A stretch of 64,000 nt of DNA, taken from assembly GCA_050014195.1 (NCBI GenBank), contig JBEKDT010000003.1, positions 32,001 to 96,000 on the forward strand, given 5' to 3'. Of this stretch, positions 39,616-49,792 are shown in pieces. The stretch's first letter is position 1; every line of letters starts with the position of its first letter. The notes under the pieces are model-generated. The model did no database searches, was not told where the DNA came from, and was given only the letters and a program-made list of their open reading frames with translations. A program made the translations under genes and the position numbers. Source of the DNA: Desulfomonilia bacterium (GTDB taxonomy: Bacteria; Desulfobacterota; Desulfomonilia; UBA1062).

Positions 39616-42600
39616 TTAGGATGGCAGTGCCTCTCCCTCAGTCGCCCTCTGGCTTGCCGCTTGCTTGGCATGGTCAGTAGCCATTAACATATACACGGCA
39701 GGAACAACAAACAGCGTGAACAGGGTGCCGATGGCGATGCCGGATGTGATCACCAGGCCCATGTTGTATCGGCCAGCTGCGCCTGCGCCGGATGCAAAAA
39801 CCAGCGGCATGATGCCCAGCACCATGGCTCCGGTGGTCATGAGGATGGGCCTCAGCCTGATGGCCGAGGCCATCTCGATGGCATCACGCTTGCTTTTGCC
39901 TTCGCGCTGAAGATCATTGGCGAACTGAACGATGAGGATGCCGTGCTTGCTGATGAGGCCTATAAGTGTCACCAGGCCCACCTCGGTATAGATGTTCAGG
40001 CTTGCCTGCCCTATCCCGAGGCTGATGAAGATGAGCGCCCCGCAGATGGACATGGGCACACTGATAAGCACGATGACAGGATCACGGAAACTTTCAAACA
40101 GGGCGGACAGTGCAAGGAAAATGATGACCAAGGCAAAGAAGAATGTGAGCAGCAGTGCGCTCGACTCCTGCATGTACTGTCTGGACTGCCCTGCATAATC
40201 AATGCTGTAGCCCTTAGGGAGCACACTCCCCGCAATCGTCTTGAGTGTATCCAATGCCTGGCCCATGGTTATACCCGGGGATGTCACTGCCGATATGGTG
40301 GCGGCATTGAGCTGTTCAAAGTGGTTGAGCGACTCAGGCACGACTTCTGTTTTGAGGCTCGCAACGGTGGAAATCGGTATCGACGCCCCGCTTGATGTAT
40401 TGATATAATAATCTTTCAATTGATCGGCATTCAGCCGGTAGCGCTGCATCACCTGCGGAATCACCTTATACGAGCGTCCGTACAGGCTGAAGTAGTTGAC
40501 ATAGTTTCCGCCAAGCATCCATCCAAGGGCGCTCCCTACATCACGCATGGTCAGGCCAAGCTGTGAGGCCTTGTCGCTGTCGATCTCCACCACGGTCTGC
40601 GGTTTGTCGATCTTGAGGTCGGTGTCCACGAACACGAACATGCCGCTCGCCCGGGCCTTTGCCATCAGAGCCTGTGAAACCTCGTTCAGCCTGTCAAAAG
40701 GTTCGGTAGTGCCTATCACAAATTGCACAGGCAGGCCCCTGGACCCGGGAAGCGGCGGCGGCTGGAACCCCACCACCTGAACCCCTGCGATTTCTCCCAG
40801 CCGCTTCTGAACCACAGGTTGCAGCTGCACCGCTGTCCGGGTGCGTTCATCCCATGGTTTGAATACCATGCCGGCAAAAGCGGTGTTCAAACCCGTGGCC
40901 CCGTCAAATTGAAACACATGTTCGGTCTCAGGGAATGATTTGACGATCTTGTATACCTGCACTGAATTGACTCCCGTCTGTTCCAGTGTGGCATCAGGGG
41001 CCCCTGTTGCCAGTGTAATGATGATGCCCTGGTCTTCCTGGGGCGCAAGTTCGCTCTTGGAGCTGATGAACAGGAAATAATTGCTGCAGAGGATTATCGC
41101 GGCGAATACCCCTACAACGCCCAGGGAGTTGAGCGCCCTGTGCAACAACCACGCATAGATGGAACGCACCAGTTTGAACTGGCCGTCAATGAAGTCGGTG
41201 AAGCGGTTCAACACGCCCACTCGCGATTCTGTAAGAAAGCGGGAGCACATCATGGGCGACAGGGTGAGCGCGATGATGGCCGATACGAACACAGAGCCTG
41301 CCAGGGTGTAGGCGAACTCGGTGAACAGTGCCCCGGTGAGGCCCCCCATGAAGCCGATGGGAATATATACGGCAACCAGCACGACGGTCATGGCGATGAT
41401 GGGGCCGCCTAACTCCCGGGCACCCAGTATGGCTGCCTGCATGAGCTCTACGCCTTCCTCCCTGTGGCGATGTACGTTCTCCACCACGATGATGGCGTCA
41501 TCCACTACCAGGCCGATGGCGAGCACCAGTGCGAGCAGTGTCAGCAGATTGATGGTGTAGCCCAGCACGAGCATGATGAAGAACGCTCCGACCAGAGAGA
41601 GAGGCATTGCTATGACAGGGATGATCACCGATTTGATCGATCCCAGCGATAAGAAGATCACGACAGTCACGATCAGCAATGCAGCAATGATGGTACGGAT
41701 TACCTCGTTGATGGAGCTGTTCACATACTTGGTCGAATCGTAAACAATGCGTCCGTTCAGTCCTTCAGGGAGTTGCTGTTCAATTTCGGGAAAAACCTTG
41801 TGCACGTCATTAATAACCGTGAGCAGGTTTGCATTCGGCGCTACCTTTATGCCGATGAACACAGCGCTTGCATTGTCGAATCTTACTGCAGTGTCATAGT
41901 TCTCGGCCCCCAGTGTGACGGTTGCAACGTCGCCCAAACGGACAATGGCATCGTTCATTGACTTGACCACGAGGTTTTTGAACTCATCGACCGAGTGCAG
42001 TCCTGTGGCCGCGGTGAGGTCGACAGTTACCATCTGTCCCTTTGTCCGTCCTACGGCCGATATAAAGTCGTTGTTGGCCAGGGCGGTGCTCACGTCAGTG
42101 GCGGTTACCCCAAAGGCCGACATCTTATCAGGATCGAGCCATGCCCGCAGGGCAAACTGCTTTGCACCAAGCACCTCCGCCGTCTGCACTCCGTCCACGG
42201 TCTGCAGCTTCGGCTGCACCACCCTTATCAGGTAATCGGTTATCTTGTTCGTAGGCAGCACCTTGCTGTAGAAGCCTATGTACATCGAGTCGATGGTCTC
42301 CCCGATGGCCACGCTGATCACCGGTTGCTGTGCGTCTTTCGGCAGCTGATTGATCACGGCGTTTACCTTGGCGTTGATCTCGGTCATGGCCTTGCTCGAG
42401 TCATAGTTCAGACGCAGATTTGCCTGGATGGTGCTCTGGCTGAGTGTGCTGCTTGAGGTGAGATAATCGATGCCCTGGGCCTGGGCAATTGAATTTTCCA
42501 GGGGAGTGGTTATGAATCCCGACACGAGTTCCGGGTCTGCACCGAAATAGGTAGTAGAAACGGTCACCACGGCATTCTGGGTTGCCGGATACTGTCGTAC

Positions 42601-42699
42601 AGGCAGCAGCCCTATAGACCGCAGCCCCAGTACCAGGATCAGCAGGCTGATTACCGTGGCCAGCACCGGGCGGCGGATGAAGATATCGGTGAAATGCAT
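39616..42699 (-). CDS. RND efflux permease (AcrB/MexW-like)
   Basis: FI.RPVLA, GLVVDDAIIVVEN, RLRPILMT; 1027 aa. Confidence 0.95.
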   Translation of the reverse strand: MHFTDIFIRRPVLATVISLLILVLGLRSIGLLPVRQYPATQNAVVTVSTTYFGADPELVSGFITTPLENSIAQAQGIDYLTSSSTLSQSTIQANLRLNYDSSKAMTEINAKVNAVINQLPKDAQQPVISVAIGETIDSMYIGFYSKVLPTNKITDYLIRVVQPKLQTVDGVQTAEVLGAKQFALRAWLDPDKMSAFGVTATDVSTALANNDFISAVGRTKGQMVTVDLTAATGLHSVDEFKNLVVKSMNDAIVRLGDVATVTLGAENYDTAVRFDNASAVFIGIKVAPNANLLTVINDVHKVFPEIEQQLPEGLNGRIVYDSTKYVNSSINEVIRTIIAALLIVTVVIFLSLGSIKSVIIPVIAMPLSLVGAFFIMLVLGYTINLLTLLALVLAIGLVVDDAIIVVENVHRHREEGVELMQAAILGARELGGPIIAMTVVLVAVYIPIGFMGGLTGALFTEFAYTLAGSVFVSAIIALTLSPMMCSRFLTESRVGVLNRFTDFIDGQFKLVRSIYAWLLHRALNSLGVVGVFAAIILCSNYFLFISSKSELAPQEDQGIIITLATGAPDATLEQTGVNSVQVYKIVKSFPETEHVFQFDGATGLNTAFAGMVFKPWDERTRTAVQLQPVVQKRLGEIAGVQVVGFQPPPLPGSRGLPVQFVIGTTEPFDRLNEVSQALMAKARASGMFVFVDTDLKIDKPQTVVEIDSDKASQLGLTMRDVGSALGWMLGGNYVNYFSLYGRSYKVIPQVMQRYRLNADQLKDYYINTSSGASIPISTVASLKTEVVPESLNHFEQLNAATISAVTSPGITMGQALDTLKTIAGSVLPKGYSIDYAGQSRQYMQESSALLLTFFFALVIIFLALSALFESFRDPVIVLISVPMSICGALIFISLGIGQASLNIYTEVGLVTLIGLISKHGILIVQFANDLQREGKSKRDAIEMASAIRLRPILMTTGAMVLGIMPLVFASGAGAAGRYNMGLVITSGIAIGTLFTLFVVPAVYMLMATDHAKQAASQRATEGEALPS

Positions 42700-42713
42700 A
42701 TGCGTATCCCTGC

Positions 42714-43844
42714 TTATTCTTCCTGAGGTTTGGGGTACGCCTCATTTGAGGGCTGGACCCGGTTGTTGATGATAACAGGACTGCCGCTCCTGAGCTTGAG
42801 CTGTCCGCTGGTGACCACCAGATCTCCTTCCTTGATCCCGGCGGTGACAGCCACCTGGTCGCCCCGTGACGGTCCCAGGGTGACAAAGGTCTGCCTGGCG
42901 AACAGGGCCGGTTTGCCGTCTTTCGTTTTACCCTTCTCCTCCACGATATAGACGGTCTCTCCATAGGGGTTGAAGGTCACGGCCGTCCTGGGCAGTGTCA
43001 GGTTGCGCTGGGCCTCTCCTGACAAGACCTCCACCGATGCATACATACCAGGCAGCAGCTCATGCTTGGGGTTTTGTATTGTTGCCTCGATCTGGATATT
43101 CCGTGTCTGGGGGTCCACCTTGGGATTGATGGCACTCACTATCCCCCTGAAGGTCTTGCCCGGATAGGTGTCGGTGGTCACGGTCACAGTCTGGCCATCC
43201 AGTGCCCGGGAGAGTTCCTGCTGGGGTACGTAGAAGTCTACGTAGATGGAGTCGAGCGATTGCAGCGTGACAACCTTGTCACCGGCCTTCACGAACTGAC
43301 CGGGATTGACAAGGCTGATGCCGAGGCGCCCGGCAAAGGGGGCGCGGATGGCCTTTTTGTTTATTAATGCCACCTGCTGGGCGACCTGGGCCTTTTTACC
43401 CTCAATGTCGGCGGTGTAGGCATCCATGGTTGACTGGCTTATGGCCTGCTCTTCAACCAGTTTTATGTTGCGATCGTAGGTTGATTGCGCCAGGTCGGCG
43501 GCGGCCTGAAGCACGTGCAGCTGGGCAACGTCGGGATCCGTATTGAGCTGCACCAGCAGCCGACCTGCCTTGACATCATCACCCGATTTGAAATGAACGC
43601 TTCGCACCATGCCATCGACTTCACTGGACAACTCAACACCCTTGACCGCCCGCAGGGTCCCCACCGCCTTGAGTTGCGGCTGCCACGTATCAGATGCTGC
43701 CTTGACTGTAGACACGGTAACAGGGGGCATCCCGCCTGCGGACATGTATTTTTTCATCATCATTGCCATAAAGGCCTTATAGCCGAAGATGCCGCCGAAA
43801 AGCACAAAGACGGCCACAAGCATGATCACCATTCGCCTGGTCAT
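42714..43844 (-). CDS. RND periplasmic adaptor (membrane fusion protein)
   Basis: N-terminal anchor, IRAPFAG.LG, LLPGMY; directly upstream of the permease. Confidence 0.93.
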   Translation of the reverse strand: MTRRMVIMLVAVFVLFGGIFGYKAFMAMMMKKYMSAGGMPPVTVSTVKAASDTWQPQLKAVGTLRAVKGVELSSEVDGMVRSVHFKSGDDVKAGRLLVQLNTDPDVAQLHVLQAAADLAQSTYDRNIKLVEEQAISQSTMDAYTADIEGKKAQVAQQVALINKKAIRAPFAGRLGISLVNPGQFVKAGDKVVTLQSLDSIYVDFYVPQQELSRALDGQTVTVTTDTYPGKTFRGIVSAINPKVDPQTRNIQIEATIQNPKHELLPGMYASVEVLSGEAQRNLTLPRTAVTFNPYGETVYIVEEKGKTKDGKPALFARQTFVTLGPSRGDQVAVTAGIKEGDLVVTSGQLKLRSGSPVIINNRVQPSNEAYPKPQEE

Positions 43845-43881
43845 AGGAGAGGTCTCCCTCTGGGATCGGATATCATCGATC

Positions 43882-44715
43882 TCAATTCTTTTCTTTATTC
43901 ATTTCTTTATTTATTCCATTATTATATACATATGTCGTGTTTTCCGTATAGGCCTTTATACCTGCAGTTATGCCCTCGATGATATTTTCCAGATGTGCAT
44001 CATTATGCAGGAGCATACAATCGGCAGCATTAGTAATAAACCCCGTCTCGATCAGAATTGCCGGCATCTTTGCGCCCATCAGGACATAGAACGGGGCCTG
44101 TTTTACCCCATGGTCTTTCCCCACATAACCTGTCTTTCTTAAGGATGAGATGATTGAGTTCTGGATGGATGTGGCGAACCTCGATGATTCATTTATCTTG
44201 GCATTGAGCATGAGATCCCTGATGATAAGCGTTAGACCCTGCAAGGATTCAGGGGACATGGCGTTTTCCCTCTCAGCCACCTTTTTGGAAGAGGCATCGG
44301 TAGTCAGGTTGAGGAAGTATGTCTCGACCCCGTCTGTTGACTTTGCCTCGTTTGCATTCACATGGATAGAAATAAACAGGTCTGCCTTCTTCGTGTTGGC
44401 GAAGGCTGTCCGCTCATTCAGCGGCAAAGAGACATCATCTTCCCGTGTAAGAAAGACCTCGAAGCCTTCTTCAGTCAGTCGCTTTGCAAGCATCTTGCCG
44501 ACAACCAGGGTGATATCCTTCTCTTTCTCGCCATTCGGCCCGACCGCGCCGGGGGCCTTGCCTCCATGGCCCGGGTCAATGACTATCTTGAATATCTTAG
44601 GTTTTTCCGATGAGTCGGAATCGGCGGCAAGGACCTTGTTGCGTGTATCCGGAGACAGGAGAAAAACGGCTATGACCATGAGGACGAACAAGGTTTTTGC
44701 TTTGTTCGTATTCAT
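43882..44715 (-). CDS. N-acetylmuramoyl-L-alanine amidase (Amidase_3)
   Basis: IDPGHGG, EKD..L, LTR, ISIHVN, PAILIETGF. Confidence 0.92.
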   Translation of the reverse strand: MNTNKAKTLFVLMVIAVFLLSPDTRNKVLAADSDSSEKPKIFKIVIDPGHGGKAPGAVGPNGEKEKDITLVVGKMLAKRLTEEGFEVFLTREDDVSLPLNERTAFANTKKADLFISIHVNANEAKSTDGVETYFLNLTTDASSKKVAERENAMSPESLQGLTLIIRDLMLNAKINESSRFATSIQNSIISSLRKTGYVGKDHGVKQAPFYVLMGAKMPAILIETGFITNAADCMLLHNDAHLENIIEGITAGIKAYTENTTYVYNNGINKEMNKEKN

Positions 44716-44779
44716 GATGATAATTGTATCTGAAAATTTATTATTAAACAATTATTTCTATCACATAGATACGGCGCCG

Positions 44780-45595
44780 CTATTCCGGCTCAGGGAACTG
44801 CGGTTTCTGCTTTGACAGGAAGGCGGCGATGCCGTGGATGCATTCACCACCCGCAATAAGGGCTACCGCCTCTTCGGTCTCCAGCTCTAGGGCCTTCATG
44901 GTGGTCAAGTCAGCGGTGCTTCTGATCACCTTCAAGGCGTGACGAACGGCGTGCGGGCCGTTTTCGGCTATTGTCCGCGCCAGGACCACGGCCTCCTCCA
45001 GGGCATTGCCGGGTGCGCTGATGCGGTTCACCAGCCCCAGGGCAAGGGCCTCTGGTGCACCTACCTTGCGCGCGGTAAGGATGAGGTCTGCGGCCTTGGA
45101 TGAGCCCACGAGTCGGGTGAGCCCCACAACACCCCCCTGGTCCGGCATGAGACCGAGCCTCACCTCGGAAAAGCAGATGACCGCCCCCGGGTCCATGACC
45201 CGCATGTCGCAGCGGGACGCGATCTCAGCCCCGCCGCCGTAAGCAAGGCCGTTCACGGCTGCAATGACGGGCACTGGCAGCATGACCAGGCTGTCGCTCG
45301 TGGTCCTGACACGCCGGATGAGGTCCATGGCCGGGCCGCTCTCGTGTTTCTCCACGGCATTGATGAGGCGGGCCACCTGGGGGTTTTCGGGGTTCACGTC
45401 AAACCCGGCGCAGAAGGCCTTGTCTCCGGACCCGGTCAGAACGATCACCCGGGGCAGCCTGGCCCTGAGGTCGGCCACCACCTGTTCCATGCAATCCCAC
45501 ATATGCTCGTCCAGAGAATTCTGTTTGTGTGACCGGTCAAAGGTTACAATCGCCACGTGGTCGTGCCGCTCCAAGCGGATACCATAATCTGCCAC
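44780..45595 (-). CDS. Enoyl-CoA hydratase/isomerase family protein
   Basis: AFCAGFD, AAVNGLAYGGGAEIA..CD.R, EVRLGLMP. Confidence 0.9.
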   Translation of the reverse strand: MADYGIRLERHDHVAIVTFDRSHKQNSLDEHMWDCMEQVVADLRARLPRVIVLTGSGDKAFCAGFDVNPENPQVARLINAVEKHESGPAMDLIRRVRTTSDSLVMLPVPVIAAVNGLAYGGGAEIASRCDMRVMDPGAVICFSEVRLGLMPDQGGVVGLTRLVGSSKAADLILTARKVGAPEALALGLVNRISAPGNALEEAVVLARTIAENGPHAVRHALKVIRSTADLTTMKALELETEEAVALIAGGECIHGIAAFLSKQKPQFPEPE

Positions 45596-45638
45596 AGTAA
45601 ACCCCTCCCTATGAATCTGTGGAATAAGCGCAAAATTG

Positions 45639-46196
45639 TTATTTGAATGCCTTCCCGAAGGTGTCGAGATGGACGAAGGCGCTCAATTCCTTGCGGGGCG
45701 GACCCTGCTTGAGTTCCGCCAAAGGCTTGCCCACCGGGAGTACGGCTACAACTTCATAGCCATCCGGCAGGCCGATGACCTTCTTGCAGGCATCATGGTC
45801 CATCAGGCCCACCACCACGGTGCCCAGCCCCAGCTCGTGGGCTGTCAGGCAGAGGTTCTGGACCGCGATACCGAGGTCGAACATGAACCAGGTGGAGAAT
45901 TTGGTAACTTCCTTGCCGCCATAGCAGCCGGACACGCCGGTTTTTGCACAGGCCACAATAAGCACGGATGCACCAAGCGAGCATTTGGTGCCCGGGTTCT
46001 TGTCCGCATAGGTGCCGGCCACCTTCTCGATTATTCCCCTGTCGCGCACCACCACGAACTCCCATACCTGGGTATTGGCCCAGGATTGTGCCAGCCTGGC
46101 GGCCTCGAGAAGTTGCCTGATCTCCCCGTCGGTGACAATATAGTCGGTGAATTTCCTCACGCTCCTCCTGTGCAGGATGGCATCGGTCAGCTCCAT
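45639..46196 (-). CDS. Nitroreductase family protein
   Basis: MELTDAILHRRSVRKF, A.SWANTQ.WEF, QNLCLTAHELGLGT; GAGG/GGAG RBS. Confidence 0.9.
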   Translation of the reverse strand: MELTDAILHRRSVRKFTDYIVTDGEIRQLLEAARLAQSWANTQVWEFVVVRDRGIIEKVAGTYADKNPGTKCSLGASVLIVACAKTGVSGCYGGKEVTKFSTWFMFDLGIAVQNLCLTAHELGLGTVVVGLMDHDACKKVIGLPDGYEVVAVLPVGKPLAELKQGPPRKELSAFVHLDTFGKAFK

Positions 46197-46333
46197 GGCT
46201 CCCTCCTCTTTGGCTGATGTTGGAATAAAATCATAGGACATGATCATACACGAGGCATGCCATGTTGTCATTGGTTTCATAGTGAAGGCGTTCCCAGGGA
46301 TGAAGCTTTTTAGAGCCGGGTATGCTCCCCTGC

Positions 46334-46963
46334 TCAACGCCACAGGGAGATTATTGAGATCAGGATCATGAGAATACCCGACCCTGCAACGATTGCGCCC
46401 GAGATGCGGTTCACCCAGGCAAACCCTGATTCGTTCAGCCTGGACCTGAGCATGCCGGCGCCGCCGCTTAAGATGACCCACCACATGGCCGAGCCGATAA
46501 AGACACCGGGCACGAGAAACCAGGCCGCTTCGAGCCCATGGTGGGGGTTTATTATGCCGAACCCTGCAAACAGGATCCCGTAGGAAAAGATCGTCGTAGG
46601 GTTTGCAAGCGTCATGACGAGTGTGGAGGTATACGCGCCCATGAATCCCCTGGCGTGATTGGAGACCGCATGATCCCCCTGTTTTGCAAGGATGATCCTG
46701 ACACCCAGGTAGCAGAGGAACATACCACCGGCGAAGCGTATCCATATCTGATTTTTTATGAGGATATGGGAGACCAGGGTCAGACCCATTCCGGCGATGC
46801 CTCCATAGACTGCATCCGCAGTGGCGGCGCCGAGGCCCGAGATGGTCCCGATTGCCCGGCCCTGGTTCAGCGTGCGCTGGATGCACAGCACATTGACCGG
46901 ACCTATGGGGGCTGCAGCCAGGAAGCCAATGATGACAGCCCCAAAGAAAAGAATAAAATCCAT
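46334..46963 (-). CDS. LysE family translocator
   Basis: AAPIGPVNVLCI.RTL, GLGAATAD..YG, LTLANP-like motif. Confidence 0.88.
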   Translation of the reverse strand: MDFILFFGAVIIGFLAAAPIGPVNVLCIQRTLNQGRAIGTISGLGAATADAVYGGIAGMGLTLVSHILIKNQIWIRFAGGMFLCYLGVRIILAKQGDHAVSNHARGFMGAYTSTLVMTLANPTTIFSYGILFAGFGIINPHHGLEAAWFLVPGVFIGSAMWWVILSGGAGMLRSRLNESGFAWVNRISGAIVAGSGILMILISIISLWR

Positions 46964-47272
46964 ATGCCTCCCCTGGGTGTAAAGATATGGGCACTTCAGT
47001 GACAAAAATCAAGGGGAAGGACAAGGTGTCGCACGACAAGATCTGAAATGGAATGTTTATATATTTATGGACGTCCCTGCTGCCTACATAAGTCAGTACA
47101 TTCATCAGGCCAATTTCGTTTACCATGTCCATCCACTGCGATCCGTGCAGGGCGGAACTGCATAGATTTTTATGGTGTCAGGCCTTGATTCATGACATTT
47201 GGGTGCGACAATTATTTAAAAGTCAAAAAAAGACACCTCTATTGTTATAGACGTGCCCATCGAGTCTATGTT

Positions 47273-49792
47273 CTACGCAAAATCTTTTTCCAGGGTGTTA
47301 ATCCTATTTAAAACATCCTGGACAGATTCTTTTAATTCATCACCCATTTTTTTCAACTCATCAGAATATTTTCCACCCATCAGGGAAAGGAGTGCGTAGT
47401 AGACTGGTTTATATTTGTCCCTGATATCGTATTTGTTTTTCTGAAAAATATGGTAGACATAATTGTACTGCCTTTTTGCAATGAACCTAAGAAGAATATT
47501 GCTTATATCCGCATTAACTTCGTGCTGCATCTCCTCAGAATCAAAAACCGATTCAAAAAGCATAATTGCCTCTTGGATTTCATCATTCCAGAGCAGTACT
47601 GTCATGTACCCACGAGCCTCGTTTACACCCCTTTTTATTTCGTATGCTGTTTTTTGAAGATGCAAGGCCTCTTGTTTATTTTTCTTAAGATCAAAATAGA
47701 GGTGAGCAAGATTGTTCATTGCATCGGCATGGCCCTTCTCAACGGCCAACTTGTAATACTTCTCCGCCTTTTCGAAATCATTAAATTCAGTCTTGTAGAG
47801 CAAAGCAAGATTGTACATTGCTCCAGAATCGCCCTTTTCAATGGCCATCTTGTAGTATTGTTCAGCCTTTTCAAAATCCTTAAATTCAGTTGCATGAAAC
47901 ACAGCAAGATTGAACATTGCATAGGGATTCCCATTCTCAACAGCCATTTTGAAGTATTGTTCAGCCTTTTCAAAATCCTTGAGTTCATGCTTATAGAGCA
48001 CTGCAAGATTGTTCATTGCATCGGCATGGCCCTTCTCAATAGCCATCTTGTAGTACTGTTCCGCCTTCTCAGGGTCTTTGAGTTCAGTATGGTAGAGCAA
48101 GGCAAGATTGAACATTGCTTCATCAACACCTCTTGCAACGGCCATCTTGTAGTACTGTTCCGCTTTTGCGAAGTCCTTGAATTCAGTTGCGTAGAGCAGG
48201 GCAAGATTGAATATTGCAGTTGTATCACCTGATTTGATGGCATCTTTATATAAACTAATGGCCTCTTGAAAATCGCCTTCATCTTTAAGCAGCTGTGCCA
48301 GAATCATGATTGCTTTTAATGGTAAAAAACCATCAAGTTTGAGTTTCTTTCGAGCCCCATTGATATCTTTCTTTTTCACGTCCTCGATAACTTCTCTCAG
48401 AACATCAATATGAGACGGGCCAATGTCTTTTACATAGTCGCTTCTTTGGGCAGTGAGGCATTTTTTCGTTTCATCCAGCAGTTCATGTTGAAGATCATAA
48501 GGAATATGGGTTTTGGACAAGGCTTGCGAGACATAAAAGGCATGCTTGTCGTAAAGACGTCCTTCATGCATCGCCTTGATGTGCCTTTTTGTCCTTTCTA
48601 CAAGCTCTTTTTCGCCACAGCAGATTTCAAAAAACTTTACGAGCCAGAGCACACGATTTCTGTTTCGTCTTTTACCGAGGCGCATGAGATAGTAAATATT
48701 GAAAAAACGTTCGTTGATCTGATAGAGATGGTTCTTGGTCGATGTCGGTATCTTTTTTATGAGTTGATTTTTTTCGAGTTGATTGAGCTGGGAAGACACG
48801 GCCTTGCTCGGCATTCTCACCTTGGCTGCGATCTCTTTTGTGCTCACGGCATCCCAGTTTTGAGCTATGGCATCTATGATTGCCTGCTGTTGTGTCGAGA
48901 GATTATCTAACCGGTGTTTGTAAAGCGGGGTCACCCTGTCGAGGATAGCTTCGAGGTCCTTGAAGGAATTGCCGTCTACGTCATCGACAAAAATCTCGAA
49001 AAGCAGCACCACAGTCCTGGGGACTCCGCCCGTCAGGCGCCTCAGGGCATCTATTCTTTCCGGTTGCTCCCTGATGATGGTTTTTATTTCATCTGCCCCG
49101 TAAGTTTCACCAAGTTTGGTGAGAAGCAGAATTGTTTCATCGCGATCAAGCTCGTTGAGGGTGATGACTTTAAAAAAGTCGAAGAAAGGCTCTTTGTACT
49201 CATAGTAGAATTCGAGCAATGCGGATGAAGCACCGATGAATCTCAAATAATTTGAGGTAAGCAATACCTCCCTCAGTCTCTGGTTTTCCTTTCGGGTGAA
49301 TTTCCCCAGCAGGTCGTTGAAATTATCGAGGAGGAGGACAAGCTTTTTCTTCCGCTTCTTCAATTCCCCGATGAGAAGTTTATAGATCTCTTCCTCGGGA
49401 TTCTCGGTATCATAGAGGGCATCAATCTTTCCGGCAACCGGTTCAAAGGTTTCATCGCGATCTGCAAGGATTTGTATTACCTCTTCCCATAATCGCGCCA
49501 AGTTGAGAACACCGTACTGCTCTTCATCGAACATGACCGGTATGAGCCGGTCCAGGAGGTCTTTATCGTTTTCAATCTCGATTTTCAGCCGTAAAAGAAG
49601 GGTTGATTTACCATACCCTCTCTGGCCCTGGATCATGTAGTGCTGCGGGGGTTTAGCCATATTGTCGGTCTTTATTGCATGGAAGAGTTCATCGAATTCT
49701 TTCAACCTTATGACGAAATTAGCAACGATCTCGTCCGGTGGCTGCATAGCCGGATTAAAAAGTGATGGAAGACTTGATTTAGTTTGCGACAT
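47273..49792 (-). CDS. P-loop (STAND-like) ATPase + winged helix + Sel1/TPR-repeat protein
   Basis: GQRGYGKS Walker A, LVLLLDN Walker B, LTGGVPR (GxP), HTH-like STKEIAAKVRMPSKAVSSQLNQLEK, about 5.5 33-aa AM.NLA.LY..E.KDFEKAEQYYKMA repeats. Confidence 0.85.
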   Translation of the reverse strand: MSQTKSSLPSLFNPAMQPPDEIVANFVIRLKEFDELFHAIKTDNMAKPPQHYMIQGQRGYGKSTLLLRLKIEIENDKDLLDRLIPVMFDEEQYGVLNLARLWEEVIQILADRDETFEPVAGKIDALYDTENPEEEIYKLLIGELKKRKKKLVLLLDNFNDLLGKFTRKENQRLREVLLTSNYLRFIGASSALLEFYYEYKEPFFDFFKVITLNELDRDETILLLTKLGETYGADEIKTIIREQPERIDALRRLTGGVPRTVVLLFEIFVDDVDGNSFKDLEAILDRVTPLYKHRLDNLSTQQQAIIDAIAQNWDAVSTKEIAAKVRMPSKAVSSQLNQLEKNQLIKKIPTSTKNHLYQINERFFNIYYLMRLGKRRNRNRVLWLVKFFEICCGEKELVERTKRHIKAMHEGRLYDKHAFYVSQALSKTHIPYDLQHELLDETKKCLTAQRSDYVKDIGPSHIDVLREVIEDVKKKDINGARKKLKLDGFLPLKAIMILAQLLKDEGDFQEAISLYKDAIKSGDTTAIFNLALLYATEFKDFAKAEQYYKMAVARGVDEAMFNLALLYHTELKDPEKAEQYYKMAIEKGHADAMNNLAVLYKHELKDFEKAEQYFKMAVENGNPYAMFNLAVFHATEFKDFEKAEQYYKMAIEKGDSGAMYNLALLYKTEFNDFEKAEKYYKLAVEKGHADAMNNLAHLYFDLKKNKQEALHLQKTAYEIKRGVNEARGYMTVLLWNDEIQEAIMLFESVFDSEEMQHEVNADISNILLRFIAKRQYNYVYHIFQKNKYDIRDKYKPVYYALLSLMGGKYSDELKKMGDELKESVQDVLNRINTLEKDFA

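Noticed and set aside
46245-46265. sigma54 promoter upstream of the nitroreductase
   Set aside because: TGGCAT is present, but the -12 position reads GT rather than GC
46197-47132. N-terminal 312 aa of the 497-aa ORF (apparent nitroreductase fusion)
   Set aside because: It overlaps lysE in another frame, and the nitroreductase has its own RBS and ATG at 46196
47160-47195. Possible further partial copy of the dispersed element (catagattttt..gtgtcaggc)
   Set aside because: The match is too short to distinguish from chance by eye
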